From NCBI GenBank assembly GCA_025201805.1, contig MU619285.1, forward strand, positions 147,317 through 211,316: a stretch of 64,000 nucleotides of DNA, read 5' to 3'. Positions 12,392 to 23,995 of the stretch are shown here, piece after piece (positions within the stretch are counted from its first letter, which is position 1; every line of letters starts with the position of its first letter). Made by a program: the position numbers and the translations under genes. The DNA is from Parasitella parasitica NRRL 2501. Lineage: Eukaryota; Fungi; Mucoromycota. The notes under the pieces were generated by a model. It had not been told where the DNA came from and made no database searches. It worked only from the letters and a program-made list of their open reading frames with translations.

Positions 12392-15060
12392 ATGATTTCT
12401 AATACCATAATGACCACCAGCAATAATAATGTCAAAGAACTATCAACCCCACCACCCGAGATTGATCAAGACTCTATTCGCAAACAGTTTGAAAACATGT
12501 CAAGCAACGAAATGTCTCAGCATTTTGCAGAGAGCTACAAACAACTTTCCGAAATCCTAGGCAATCGCATCAGCCTTTCCGATATCTCAAGCACCTCAAC
12601 GACCACAAACGACGCTGATTACATGGACCAAAGCCAAGTTCAGATCTCTGAGCGCACGGATCTCTCGACCGACGAAAAGAAGCAAATGCTCAACAGACTA
12701 TTTCTGAAATCAGTCTCCAGCGGAAACGTTGAGACAGTGAATGAATTCCTAAAGAACCCTTTAATTGATATTGATGGAACAGACGAAGACAATACCACAG
12801 CTCTGATCTATGCTGCATGCTTTGGAAAGTTTGAAATTGCACAAGCACTGTTATTAGCAGGGGCTAAGCTTGATAGCCAAGACTCACGTAAGTTTTTATC
12901 ATTCAAGAAGCAAGGGAATCACAGGAGTTCAGGAGGAGGAGAGGGCGGTAAAAAGAGCCTTCAAAAACTTTTACATGAACCTGATAAACTCCTTGATTTT
13001 CTGGCTCGTTCGCAAGCAACATGGGTTTGCTAACTTTGGTATATTTTTTTTACTTAGATGGCTGGACAGCACTGATGTGGGCTAGTACCAACAATAATGA
13101 AAACCTCGTCAAATTATTGCTCGAAAACGGCGCCTCAGCTCAGACCAAATCAGCCAAAGGAAGAACTGTTTTTGATTTCGTAAAGAACGACTCACAAAAA
13201 ATCGCAGACATTCTGTACAACCCTCGCGATAGCATTTCGTCCACATCCAGTATCATGGGTTATAATGCAGACAATAGAAGCTCAACCTCATCCAATGCCG
13301 GTGATGGCGATCGCTACTATCAGTACTCGACCGAAGAAAACTACGAAAGCTTTCTGTCTCATGACAACGAATGCAGACCAAAGCTGATTGAAGAGTTTCT
13401 TAATTACGATCAAGACGAAGACAGCGACGATGATTATGGAGAGAGCCAAGATGACGATGAGGAGCAAGACAAGGAAATAGAATTCAACTGGGACAGATGT
13501 ATGCCTGATCAGATGTTTGTGTTTGCTGCAGATGATCTCCGTTACATTCTTGATACAGTCATTACAAACCTCAGCCTTCCTGTGCGCAATGTGCAAGAAA
13601 TCTTTCTACCTGCCAACGTGGTTTTCCTGAGTGCTCGATTTGCCCACTATTTCTCCAGCGCTGAACTGGCAGAAGATGTCATGGAAGGCGCATTGAGTCG
13701 AATTAGCAACAACATCAAGGTAAGCTTGTATACTGTATCAAAATTATTCGTCTTTTGTTTCTAATCCGACCCTTCTCCCCCCCCCCTCCCATCCGTGCCC
13801 CCCTCACAGAACAATACCCAAAATGTGCATGTTTTGTCTTACTGGATGACCAACGTTACTCGTCTCTTATACTACCTCAAGAGAGACGCAGAATTAGTCG
13901 TAGCAACCGCAGAGTACCAGCTTCGATTATCTGAGCTGGTGTCGGAAACTTACAACTACATGGTCAGCGACATTGGTAAACGCATCACACAAATCCTGGA
14001 ACCAGCCATGTTGGAACACGACCCCATCTCTGGCTTGGAAGATGTCAATTTTGCAGATGACTGGCAGCGATTTTTCAGAAGAAGCATGAGCAGTCGCAAA
14101 TCAGAAGACGGCATGCAAATGCAACGTAGCAACACCAATTCGTCAACAATGACCAATGCTACAACTTCGAGTGAACTGCCTACCAGAATCATTTCTCCCA
14201 AAACCATCACTCAGTTGTTCTCTTCGACGTTCTATGTGCTTCAGTCTTATGAAGTGCATTCAACCATCATCATCCAAGCACTCGCTCAATTCTTTCACTT
14301 TTTGTCTTGCGAGCTGTTCAATCACATTTTGTCCAAAAAAAAGTACCTGTGCCGCTCTAAAGCAATTCAAATTCGCATGAATCTGTCTGTACTTGAAGAA
14401 TGGATTCGTCATAACCATTTACCCCCCAGTCTGATCTCCTATTTGAACCCTTCTATCCAACTAGTTCAGTTGCTGCAATGCGTGTCCCAATTGGACACAC
14501 CTGACAGCTTCCAATCTACTGTCCAGATGTTTGACTCGATCAATCCACTTCAAATCAAGCGCTGCGTCATGAACTATCGCTACGAAACCAACGAACAAAG
14601 AATCCCTGAAGAAATCGAGAAATTGGTTAATGCAGCTGCAGACGAGACCATGAGGCTGAAGCAAGCTAGACAATCAAGGTCATTTGAAAGAAGACGTAGA
14701 AGCCTCCCTGTAGGTCAGCAACTCAGAAGATCCCTGTCTAATCGAGGAAGCGAAATTATCACAAGCATCTTTAACATTGTCGAAGAAAAACCCGTCCTTC
14801 CAACAGAAGAAGAAATTGACAATAAAAAGAAGCAGCAGGAGAAAGAGGAGCAAGATGAGCAAGACGAGCAAGAAGATGATGAATACAAGGAGGAAATCAA
14901 TGAAACTAAAGATTCCAGATTCATGCTTCCCTTTTTTGTTCCTACAACTGCCCAGTTGTCTCATGCAGGTGGATGGTCTCAAAAAGAACGCATCTTGATG
15001 ATCCCCGTCGTTCCAGAAGATTGGATGGATAAGCTGGACAACAGCGACAAGACTTGCTAA
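12392..15060 (+). CDS. Ankyrin repeat + DIL (dilute) domain protein (3 exons)
   Basis: Ankyrins (TTALIYAACFG, GWTALMWAS); FNWDRCMPDQMFVF; DIL motifs ELFNHIL..KKYLCRSKAIQIRMNLSVLEEW, LVQLLQC, INPLQIKRCVMNYRY; the start could instead be 12410. Confidence 0.85.
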
Positions 15061-15375
15061 CCAACCTCATTAAAAGCGTCAAAAACACACCAAAATTAAT
15101 CGCAAAAAAACACACACACACACACATCCATTGTACAAGAACATAATCAACTACAACTACACCACTCAACACCATATAAAGTACTATTTTTTTTCTTCTT
15201 CTATTTAATACCCTTACACCACAGTTTAAACTATAATCTTAGATATACCCAATTTACATTCATTCACTCTTATATGTTAATTTTAATCTCTTTATGTACA
15301 TTTATATGCCCTTGATTCCCTTTTTTTTTTTTTTTTTCCCTCTTAAACACCCCAAAATTATGTTCCTCTATTACT

Positions 15376-15958
15376 TTATTCATCATTTTTAATAATATCT
15401 TTATCTGCCGATTTCTTAATCTTATTTCGTTTTTGACGCTTTGCTCTTTTCTTTGCTGTGCGCTCTTCATCCTCCTCACGAAGGCGTCGTAATTTATCGC
15501 TATATTCTTTATCCTCTTTTTCCTATAATAAACACAAAAATTATATATACATATACACCAACACGTACCTCACTGGTTGTCCTTACCTTTCGCTCTTGAT
15601 CGTCCATATTCTTCATACGAGCATACTCACGTCTTCTTTGTGCTCTGTATACATGAAAATCACCACTGCCAGCACCAGCACTTGAACCTGATTACACTCA
15701 AGTGTTATTATTCGTAAAATTTTCTATTGTCTTTCTCCCTTGTAGGTTACCTGACACGTTGCGCACGAAATCCTTGGGTGCTTGGATTTCGCTCTTCTGC
15801 TTGGGTTTCTCAGGAATATGAGCTGGCTTTTCAATCTTTTCAAACAGTCGATTCAATTTCTCTTGTTGCTCTTCAAGCGCTGTAAAGTTATGTTTTTTCT
15901 TTTTGTGTGCAGCGTTTCCCTCTGCCTTTGATATTGTGTCCACTTGAGCGTTTGACAT
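15376..15958 (-). CDS. PRKRIP1: PRKR-interacting protein 1 homolog (splicing factor, DUF1168), 3 exons
   Basis: Spliced translation gives [33 protein letters not shown]...EERTAKKRAKRQK. Confidence 0.92.
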
Positions 15959-16854
15959 GATGTAGATAGAAAAAATAATATGAAAGAGGTGCACTGCTAT
16001 TTTCCAAATCAAAATCAGGTATGTTCGGCTCTGCTGGTCATAGTCACGAAATGCTGGATAGCCTACTTGGGGCTTGCCTTCCGTAACACATCCACAAGTA
16101 CCGTAAAGACAGGTGTATAGCTGTATATTCACAAGATCAATTCAGATACATCTGTCTGTTTCTTGTATTGTCAAAGGAGATTATTGTGTATTCTAAATCA
16201 GCTTCAAGCTGCTATTTGAGGGACATTTGTATTTTGCTTGCATACTGCTCGTTCCTCATCAGTAGTTTGGTAAAGCTACTGTATCGAACTCTCTGGTCTT
16301 GCCTTGGGCACGACTTCCAAGTCTTGCTGATTTTCAACAATTGATATACATCCGTACGGAGAAGCATCTTTTCAGCCATTCTCTCAAAGGTATGGACGCT
16401 TTCGACAACACAGGCAGGAGATATGCATCCAACTACATGCTTCAGCTCTCTATTTTCGCTGGTTGCAACTGTTGCTGGCTCATGATCAAGCCGCCATTGA
16501 CGCTCATCCTATAGCGTCCCTCCTTAATTTCCATTCTCATTCTCACTCTCATTCTTATCAGATACCTTTGCCATCCCTCTCAGCTCCGTATTCTGATTGT
16601 GGCACACACGAATCTTGACAACTGAGCATCGCTGTTAATTCAATATTCCAGAATACGACTGGTGTGTTGAGCTTTTTTTGAGTGAGTTTGGAGCTTTGCT
16701 TGGATATGAACACTTTTTGTATGCCTCATTAGCGTCCGTAGTAGTGCATTGTTGCAGAGTCACATCAGATAAACTTTGCAAATGTCTTGGTTGAGGTTTC
16801 TTTTAAATCCAATAGTTTCTTTTTCCACACACCAACGCAACTTTTTTGTTTGGG

Positions 16855-18920
16855 ATGTCTAGTTTTGTAGGTTGAGCGAGCAAGGTTCTTTTACTGTAAG
16901 CATGCTAACAGCATTTTGAATTAGAACGATGATCTATCAAAGATGATACCTAAATCATTTGGGCAAAGTAACAATGACAAAAAAAAGGACACCGCAGAAA
17001 CAGATTGGGATGCTTTACGTGCATTTATGCCAACGTCATTCGGTAAACAACAAGAGAAAAAGGACGCTTATTCCGAATTTGAAAAGACCAAACGTGAAGA
17101 TGCCTCTGCTGCTGCTGCTGCTGCTACTGCCGTTGTCAAAGACGACGAGAAAAAGAAAGACGCTGACAACAGTTCTGACGATGACACCGACGACGATGAA
17201 CCGCATACTGCCTCTTCAGATATACTGCCCACCTCGCACGAAATCAAGCTGAGCGACCACCACCGCACAGTATCTGCTTTAACACTGGATCCATCTGGAA
17301 CTCGACTTGTATCTGGAAGCTATGATTACGACATGAAGTTTTGGGATTTTGCAGGCATGGATCGCTCATTCAAGCCATTCCGTACAGTGCAGCCTTGCGG
17401 GGAGCATCAAATCCACAATCTACAGTATTCATTGTCTGGGGATACAATTCTTGTCATTTCCGGAAGTGCTCGAGCAAAGATTTTTGACCGTGATGGACTA
17501 GAAAAGGCTGAATTTGCGAAAGGAGATCCGTATATTCACGATATGAGAAAAACAGATGGCCATGTAGGCGCCTTGTCGAGTGGACTTTGGCATCCTTATG
17601 ATAAGCAAACTTTTGCGACATCATCGCATGACGGCACAATCCGTGAATGGGACGTAGAGCGCACACGAAGACAAGCAACTACTATTGTGTACAAGTCCCG
17701 CGAAAGGGGCGGCCGATCTTCGTGTAATGCGCTCGCTTATAGTGGAGACGCCAAGCATTTGGCTGGCGCTTATCAAGATGGCACAGTGCAAATCTGGGAC
17801 ACGAAAGGTAACCATATTCGTCCTGCTATTGCCATTGCAGACGCACATGTAAAGGGGACAGAGACATCGTGTATATTGTTCTCTAGAGACAACAAAACGA
17901 TGGTGACAAGAGGTGGCGATGATTCTGTCAAATGTAAGTTTTTTTTTTTTTTTTTTTTTTCTTACCGCTTCAAGAGGTGCTGGATTGCTCACAAAACTTT
18001 CATAGTATGGGACCTTCGAAATGCAAAAAAGCCTGTCAAAACGGCATACAATTTGGATATTGTCAATCCAGAAGCCAACATTATATTTAGCCCTGACGAA
18101 AAGCTGATTTTGACAGGCACAGCTTGCCCAAAGGGCAAAGGGTTTGGCCAATTGGTCTTTCTGGATAGAGAAACACTCGAGGTCAAAGAATCTACAAGTA
18201 AGTTGCGTTTTAAATGGGTGTGTGTGTGTGTGTATATATATATATATGTTTCGCATATGTTGCTAAAATGCGCCTACTACCTAGATGTCACCCAGTCCAG
18301 CGTTGTCAAGGTATTATGGCATCCTCGTATCAATCAAATTATTACGGGAAGTGCCGATGGCACCATTACAGTATTTTATAGTCCTACTCATTCATCTCGC
18401 GGTGCCAAATTGCCCATTGTCAAGGCAGCCAAGAAAAGAGCAGTGGATGACTATGAAATCAATAGACCTATTTTGACTCCTCATGCATTGCCCATGTTCA
18501 AGGATGAAGAAAGAACAACAAAGAGAAGAAGAGAGAAACTACGTAAAGACCCTGTTGCGTCATATCGTCCTGGTAAGCCCATCCCATAAATACGAGGATG
18601 ACAGTTTACTAATAGCATGAACAATAGATTTACCTGTTAGTGGTCATGGCAAGGGCGGTAGAGTAAACATGAATCAGCAACAGGCTGTCATCAAAACATT
18701 CGCAAAAGATACTACCAGAGACGAGGATCCCAGAGAAGCACTTCTCAAATATGCTGATTTGGCCGAAAACGATCCCCTTTGGGTCTCAAATGGTAGTTTT
18801 TATTAGCTTTTTAACTCGTTCTCCCTTTATTAACCTGTTTTATTCTTTATTACAGTGTATAAAAAGACTCAACCTGATCCGGTATTCCAAGAAGATGAAG
18901 AGGAAGAAGAGACTCAATAG
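16855..18920 (+). CDS. WDR70: WD40 protein, WDR70 homolog (multi-exon)
   Basis: LPTSHEIKL, SGSYDYDMKFWDFAGMD, KGDPYIHDMRKTDGH, WHPRINQI, ILTPHALPMFK, RDEDPREALLKYA; the micro first exon 16855-16866 is inferred. Confidence 0.9.
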
Positions 18921-19030
18921 ATGTCAATGATGGGCTTGTTGAATGCGGCGTTTATAAAATTTAGAGTATAAAATGCACTGAAAGTTCAACTCGTCTTTTT
19001 GTTCTTTCTATCTTGAGCATAATAAACAGA

Positions 19031-21749
19031 ATGCCTTCTACTGTTGCTGCAGCCGAAGCAACCGACAGAGACATAAAACAAGTCCCTCTATTGTCAAGAG
19101 ATTTTGAGAGTTTAACCAATATCGATGAAATAAGGGAATGTCTTCGACTTTTAGATGAGGAAGAGACACGTATTGACGTTTCTCTTGACGACATGCTTGC
19201 CAAAGAAACGTCGTTAGAACACTCGCTGGATACTTTAGACACTCTTAGGTTTGAATGGGCACTTTTTCGACTACTGCGCATTGTAGGACTGACTCCTTGC
19301 TATACGTTACAGACCTCAATTAGACGCCCTTAAAACCAAATCAGCGCGGGTGATTGACACTGTCGACAAAACATCAAAGCTTGCAGAAGTCATCAGCGAT
19401 AAAGTTCGACAATTAGACCAGGAACAATTGAGGGCGCGGCAAGCTATTAAATACGTGGAAGATGTGCAGGAGCTAAAGTATTGTGTTGCAAGTTTGCAAG
19501 ATGCAATCCTACGAAAAGAATACGATGAAGCGGCCGTGCTGCTGCAAAGAGCTTCCAAGATTGATACAGCAATTTTGAACGGGTCATTAGCAGAGTTCAC
19601 TGTGGTAAGCAGGTGCTATCTTTTGGATGACTTTCAGTGGATTTATTTACAAAGTTGAAATTAGTCTACATCAGAAAATCCAGATCATCCAGCAAAGACA
19701 TTAGCAGACGCAAAGACGAATCTGTTTGCCATTTTCTCTAGCAAATTCGACGATGCAGTGGCGCAAAGAAATCAGACAGACATCACCCGATATTTCAAAC
19801 TATTTCCACTAATCAACTGTCAAACTGAAGGATTGGACAAATATTCGAGATTCGTATGTAATATCATCAAAGCTAGATGTTCCGAAGAAATGAAGACGGG
19901 CCTCAGTAAGCAAACAGTTATATCGTTGAGTAGGCCCACAAGTGTATTCACTGCGTATTTCCGTTAGTTGCTGCACCAACATATTTTGCGGATGCATTGA
20001 CGAGATTATTTGAAAATATTGCTGTTCTCATCGACCAACATCAGCCTTTAGTTGAGCAGCATTATGGAAAAGGAAAGATGCTACGAGTGATTCAGCGATT
20101 ACAGGAAGAAAGTGATGTTCAGAGCGTTATCATTCTCGATAGGTTTTTAAAGGCTCGTAGATTGGAATCAAAAGTAAGAATGACATGCACAGTAAATCAT
20201 GTAAAAAGTGCGCTGATCATAGCTGTATGATATAGTTGGTCGAAATCCAAGTTTTATTGATCACAATGGTGCGCAACAGCTCTACTCACCCAATAAACCG
20301 TCCAGGAACACCAAATGCGCAATCGCCACAGGCCGAGACAGAGTCTACGAATCCGCTTATTGAGCCTCGCCAACTAGATGCTAATCTCTACGAGCTTTCG
20401 CTACTTGGTCAAAGAAGTGTCTTGTTTACTAGTTTTCTGAATGAGCGAGCTAGTGATGAAATGGACGTTCTCGATTCTGACGAAAATGAAAAGCAGCTGG
20501 TTATGAAGGGCAAGGACAGCAAGTTTTACAATGCCTGTGGTCTTTTGCTATCGTCTGGATTGACAAAACGAGTGAGAGAATTGATGAGCTCCTATCTCGT
20601 CATTGACGAGTATCTGCTGAAAAAGAGTATCGACAAGGCCATGAAATTGGATGACTATGACCCTTCAACCTCAGAGACATCCACTTGCGTTGATGATGTA
20701 TTCTTTATCCTCAAGACAGTAATGAAGCGTTGCATATCCACGTATGAGCCAGAGGTAGTATCAGCTACTGTCCGCACAACTACCAAGATACTGGAAATTG
20801 GATACTTGAATCTGTTTCAGCAAAAAATGTCGACTGTATTTACCGCCTATGACACAACTGGAAGAAATGCAGAACGAGCAATCGAAACGGCCAAAGTTAA
20901 CTATATGGTTATTTTGAATAACTTGGACGTTAGTGCTGATTATACCCATCGCTTGGCTAAAGAAGTTGAGCCCAATATTACCAACGGCATCTGGCTGGAT
21001 GGAGAGAATGATGTCCAAAGGACAATAGGTTACGTAAAGAATTTTGATGAGTTTGCAGATAGATTTAAGCAGTTGTTGCAGGTATAAGGAACTGACTTGA
21101 TAGAGATTGCACAATCGGACACTGACCTTTCTACAGGGTGGCATTGAACAGCTTATCAAGCAAATCTTGAAACCTAGAATTAGGCCTCTGTTCCAAGAGG
21201 CTTACAAAGAAGTGAAATACGTGCTTGACGAAGACGAGTACAATGAAGCAGACATAGAAGAAAGATTTGTTAAGCGATTCAGACGGGGATTTGAGAATTT
21301 GATCCAAATCTACCGCCGAACGTTGACAGACAACAACTTTAGTGCTTTGATGGGACTTTTACTGGAAGCATTGACTGCACAATGGGAAAGAATTGTTTTC
21401 CAAACCAGATTTAATCAATACGGCGCACTAAGGTTTGATAAGGACCTTCGTTCTGTCATCCATTACCTTTCTACACTGACTGAGTGGCTGTCGAGAGACA
21501 GATTCACACGGCTAAATCAAATGGCAACGCTGCTGAATTTCGAAGAGGTAAATCTTGTGTATTGATCGATTGGAACTTGTACTGAATGTCTTGATGTTTT
21601 AGCCTTCAGAGATCTACGATTTCTGGGGACAAAAGGCTGGCCCTGTTAGTTGGAGACTGACAGTGACAGAAGTCAAGAAGATACTAGCATTAAGACTAGA
21701 CTTTGATGCCGACGAAGTCGCAAATCTGCTACCAAAAAGCAGCAATTAA
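19031..21749 (+). CDS. COG4: Conserved oligomeric Golgi complex subunit 4
   Basis: ISDKVRQLDQEQ.R, ITRYFKLFPLI, LFENIA..IDQHQPLVEQHYG, RLQEESD, VDDVFFILK, GALRFDKDLR, RDRFTRLNQ, WRLT..EVK. Confidence 0.93.
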
Positions 21750-21830
21750 CAAATAAAAACAAAAGAAACTTGTGACACATCTGTATCAGAAAACTTTTTC
21801 TTTTTCGCCTTTGTTGAGCAACGCTGAAAA

Positions 21831-23531
21831 ATGGCCATCATAAGCTATCGCGAAACTGTAACGATTAAGAAACAACGACTTTTTGCCATATGTAATGATT
21901 TAAACAAACTCTAAATGTAGCTAGAGGGAGTGTTCTACACGATTGAAGATCCACTCAGTCCTGTTGAAAAGGAAGAGGTTCCCGCAAAGCAGATTTTGGC
22001 TTCTCGACCTTTGCTGGTCGAAATTTACCAGTACAAAAACGATGTAACCATTGAAACACGTATACACAACAAGATTGAAAAATTCGAAAAATGTCCCAAA
22101 CGATCTCAACAGATGATTATCGACTACTTTGAAGTAGGGCATCGTATGTACCAAAAGCCATACAAACAGTTAACAGTGACAAAAAAAACCCCCCCTAATG
22201 TGGTGAGCCTTACTAGATAACGACGGCATGCAATTGATAGAAAATTCAATTGCATCTCACAAGAAGCCTCCGTTGTAAGTTGTCGTGTGCACGCTTCGAG
22301 TAGATGTATTGATGGGCATGATTTATAGTAACATTTTGATTTCTTTGGTCAACTTTATATTGAAACCCAAGAATTACCTGAAAACTAGACCGAAATTGAC
22401 AGCCCACTGGTTAGAATGTAAACGAGCTCATGGGATTCTGCTAGATGTATTGAACATGTATGGACCCGACATATTTCTTCCAGTATTCAATGAATTCAGA
22501 TCGTTTGAAATCATATCAACTATAGAGAAAAATAATCTGCGAGATGAAAGTTATGAATTATTAGATACCAAAATGCTAGCCGAATACAGGGATTTCTGGG
22601 CTTTCTTGGATAGATTACTGTCTGCAACCAGAAAGGACCTTGAGACCAAATGCCGCAGACTGGTCCTAGATTTTTTTGTCAATGTTCTCCAAGTGGATCT
22701 AAAGTCAAGAGTACATTGCGAATCAGAAGTAATGAATTCCATTTTTACGCGAACTTTAAAGAGGGATGCGTTGAACAAGCTCAGTAAATTCGATTACTAT
22801 CTCAAGCTTATGTTGCGCGATTTCCCCAATAGAGATGAAGAGTTGTTTCATTTGACAGGAGACATCTTGAACATGGTATCTTGCAAGCTCACAAATATTC
22901 ACGTACCTTTGTGTACTAAGGCATTGGATAGACCATTACAGTTTCCAGCTTTGACAAGGTTTCGAATATGGAAGATTTGGTTTCGCAAATATACATTCAC
23001 TTTCAAGAAATGAACACAGACGCCTGCCAACAGTTTATGCAGCTCGTTAAATACCCAACTTTCATTCTCACTCTTTGCGATCATGCACTTGCAGACACGG
23101 ACGTATCTAATGTTCCTGAAGAATACAGGCATTTTCGCAAATCAAAGCATAAGCCACTTACCCTTCAAAAACTGTTTTTCTACGTGTTCAAAACCTTGCC
23201 GTTCGAGCCTGAAAGCCTAGAGAGCATATATCGCCATGTGGCTGTTGTATCCAAATACTGCATGTGTGTTTTATCCACGGCGACGATCAGCCATAAAAGA
23301 GACACCTCTCGAGCAAACGCTGAGGGATCAAATGCTGCTAGAACAAATACAGCCTTCCCAGATGACCAGCTCGAATTACTGATCACTGAAAAAGACGCTG
23401 CTATTACTAATTGGGAAGCTACTATTGAGAAATTATTGCTTGATCATAAATTTGTTGGAGATTTGCCCCTGTTGGAGAAGATTCGTTGGTCAATGAAAAT
23501 CGTTAGAGTGACACTTCTTGAATATTTTTAG
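21831..23531 (+). CDS. Uncharacterised helical protein (multi-exon); weak resemblance to the Nse5/SIMC1 domain
   Basis: Chain of ORFs joined by GT-AG introns (21930-22220, 22285-23013, 22968-23531); the family assignment rests on remembered motif similarity only. Confidence 0.6.
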
Positions 23532-23995
23532 GTGGCTAAATAAACTTCTGGGCGAATAATGTCATGTTTTATAAGATGATCAAACTATATCACTGTTTTA
23601 ACGCAAATGCTGTTTACTTTCGTGATTTATCCTTCCAATGAAAAGCAATACGCCATTCGGCTCGTTCAACAAGGCCTCCAACCTACCGTTATCTCATTAC
23701 GGCAGGGCATTGGATATACGCTTACAAAGGGTATCATCGTGGCTCTACCTATAATCGCAATGTATTGGTTATTCTGTAAATATATATTGAAAATAAATAT
23801 ATATTGAAAATATGGTTTGTATTGTTATCAAAAATGCTTAATAATAACCTATGAAGATTCATAACCACTCTATTACAATGCCCTTGCAAAGTGTGTAATT
23901 TTTTCTCAAAAAAAACATAGAAGAGAGTTTATAATTATACGTTTTGAACAATTTTATATATAAAAACACAGCTGTAATTTTGATTTTAGATATGC

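Noticed and set aside
12976-12986. GAACCTGAT in an intron, resembling part of a TPP riboswitch
   Set aside because: The CTGAGA and TAAT..GCG/AGGGA core elements are absent and the host gene is unrelated to thiamine
16020-16750. Coding-like composition between PRKRIP1 and WDR70
   Set aside because: The frames examined are interrupted and I could not match it to any protein, TE or ncRNA family
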